This document shows positions 38,771 to 64,000 of a DNA stretch of 64,000 nucleotides, in pieces. Under the pieces are notes generated by a model, which had not been told where the DNA came from, ran no database searches, and was given only the letters and a program-made list of their open reading frames with translations. Each line of letters begins with the position of its first letter. The first letter of the stretch is position 1. The stretch spans positions 1 through 64,000 of the forward strand of contig JAQGDQ010000950.1 of the NCBI GenBank assembly GCA_030141605.1, read 5' to 3'. The DNA comes from Tubiluchus corallicola (taxonomy: Eukaryota; Animalia; Priapulida). Both the position numbers and the translations under genes were made by a program.

Positions 38771-38867
38771 TAAGCCTAGAAAGAAGCCAATTTTTGCTGT
38801 GAATGGCTTCATATTTTGTCAAGAATCATTTAATCGAGCTAGCGGACGACTGACCGTACCAGCCTAC

Positions 38868-39446
<579 letters not shown>

Positions 39447-40000
39447 ATACTTTTTTACCTACACCCGGATTTGAACCCAGGGTAATGGGGATACAGTAAG
39501 TCTAAAGTATCATTTACAGAGCCATCTGGTGTCATTCAGTCAACATAAACATTTATAAGAGTAGATTGTTTTGACCTATAGTTTAAGATGTGTGCAGTTA
39601 TACGTAATTAAGCGCCACTCAGTAAGTCGGTCAATGAGACCCTTACAAGATGACCTTGAAATAGGAACTAAGATTCTTGTTCAAGCACATGGCGTAATTT
39701 AGCAACATATAAGAAGCCGCTAATATCACCATTGGTGATCACGGTGAACATACAAAGAGACCGAAATTCCTAGATGGTCACCACATGAAACCAACTAGCC
39801 TATACTGGTTTAGTAGCTCCACCCACACTGAAAATAGGCCTATTTGTGAGAGTCTGAAATGCTTCAAATAACGGCATGAGACGTGTCGAGTTGTTCGCGC
39901 ATGATTGACATTCGTGTTTTGCATCGGCTTGGAGCATTGTGATGAAAACATGAAGTTTTCCTTATAGTGCAATATTGTTGAAACTTCTTACAGAAGAATG

Positions 40001-64000
<24,000 letters not shown>

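Overview
AT-rich, repeat-dense animal genomic DNA, probably an invertebrate. Two minus-strand exons (10562-10705 and 1409-1569) splice in frame into one I-set Ig domain of twitchin/projectin type. The dominant feature is a giant inverted repeat: ~13168-36645 reappears in reverse complement at ~40477-64000 (arms at least 23.5 kb, running off the right edge of the window). The arms are near-identical by eye and enclose a ~3.8 kb spacer. Each arm ends in one copy of an intronless, GC-rich 354-aa ORF (35360-36424 +, 40699-41763 -). It encodes an unrecognised Cys-rich, probably secreted protein, and the two copies point at each other. The palindrome lies 5' of an internal twitchin exon, so it is probably inside a twitchin intron. 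The rest is hAT, piggyBac and Kolobok-like MITEs, LINE 3' fragments (Rex1/Babar, RTE, CR1, L2/Crack-like), a tRNA-derived SINE, minisatellites and microsatellites. All alignments and counts were done by eye; no database search was run.
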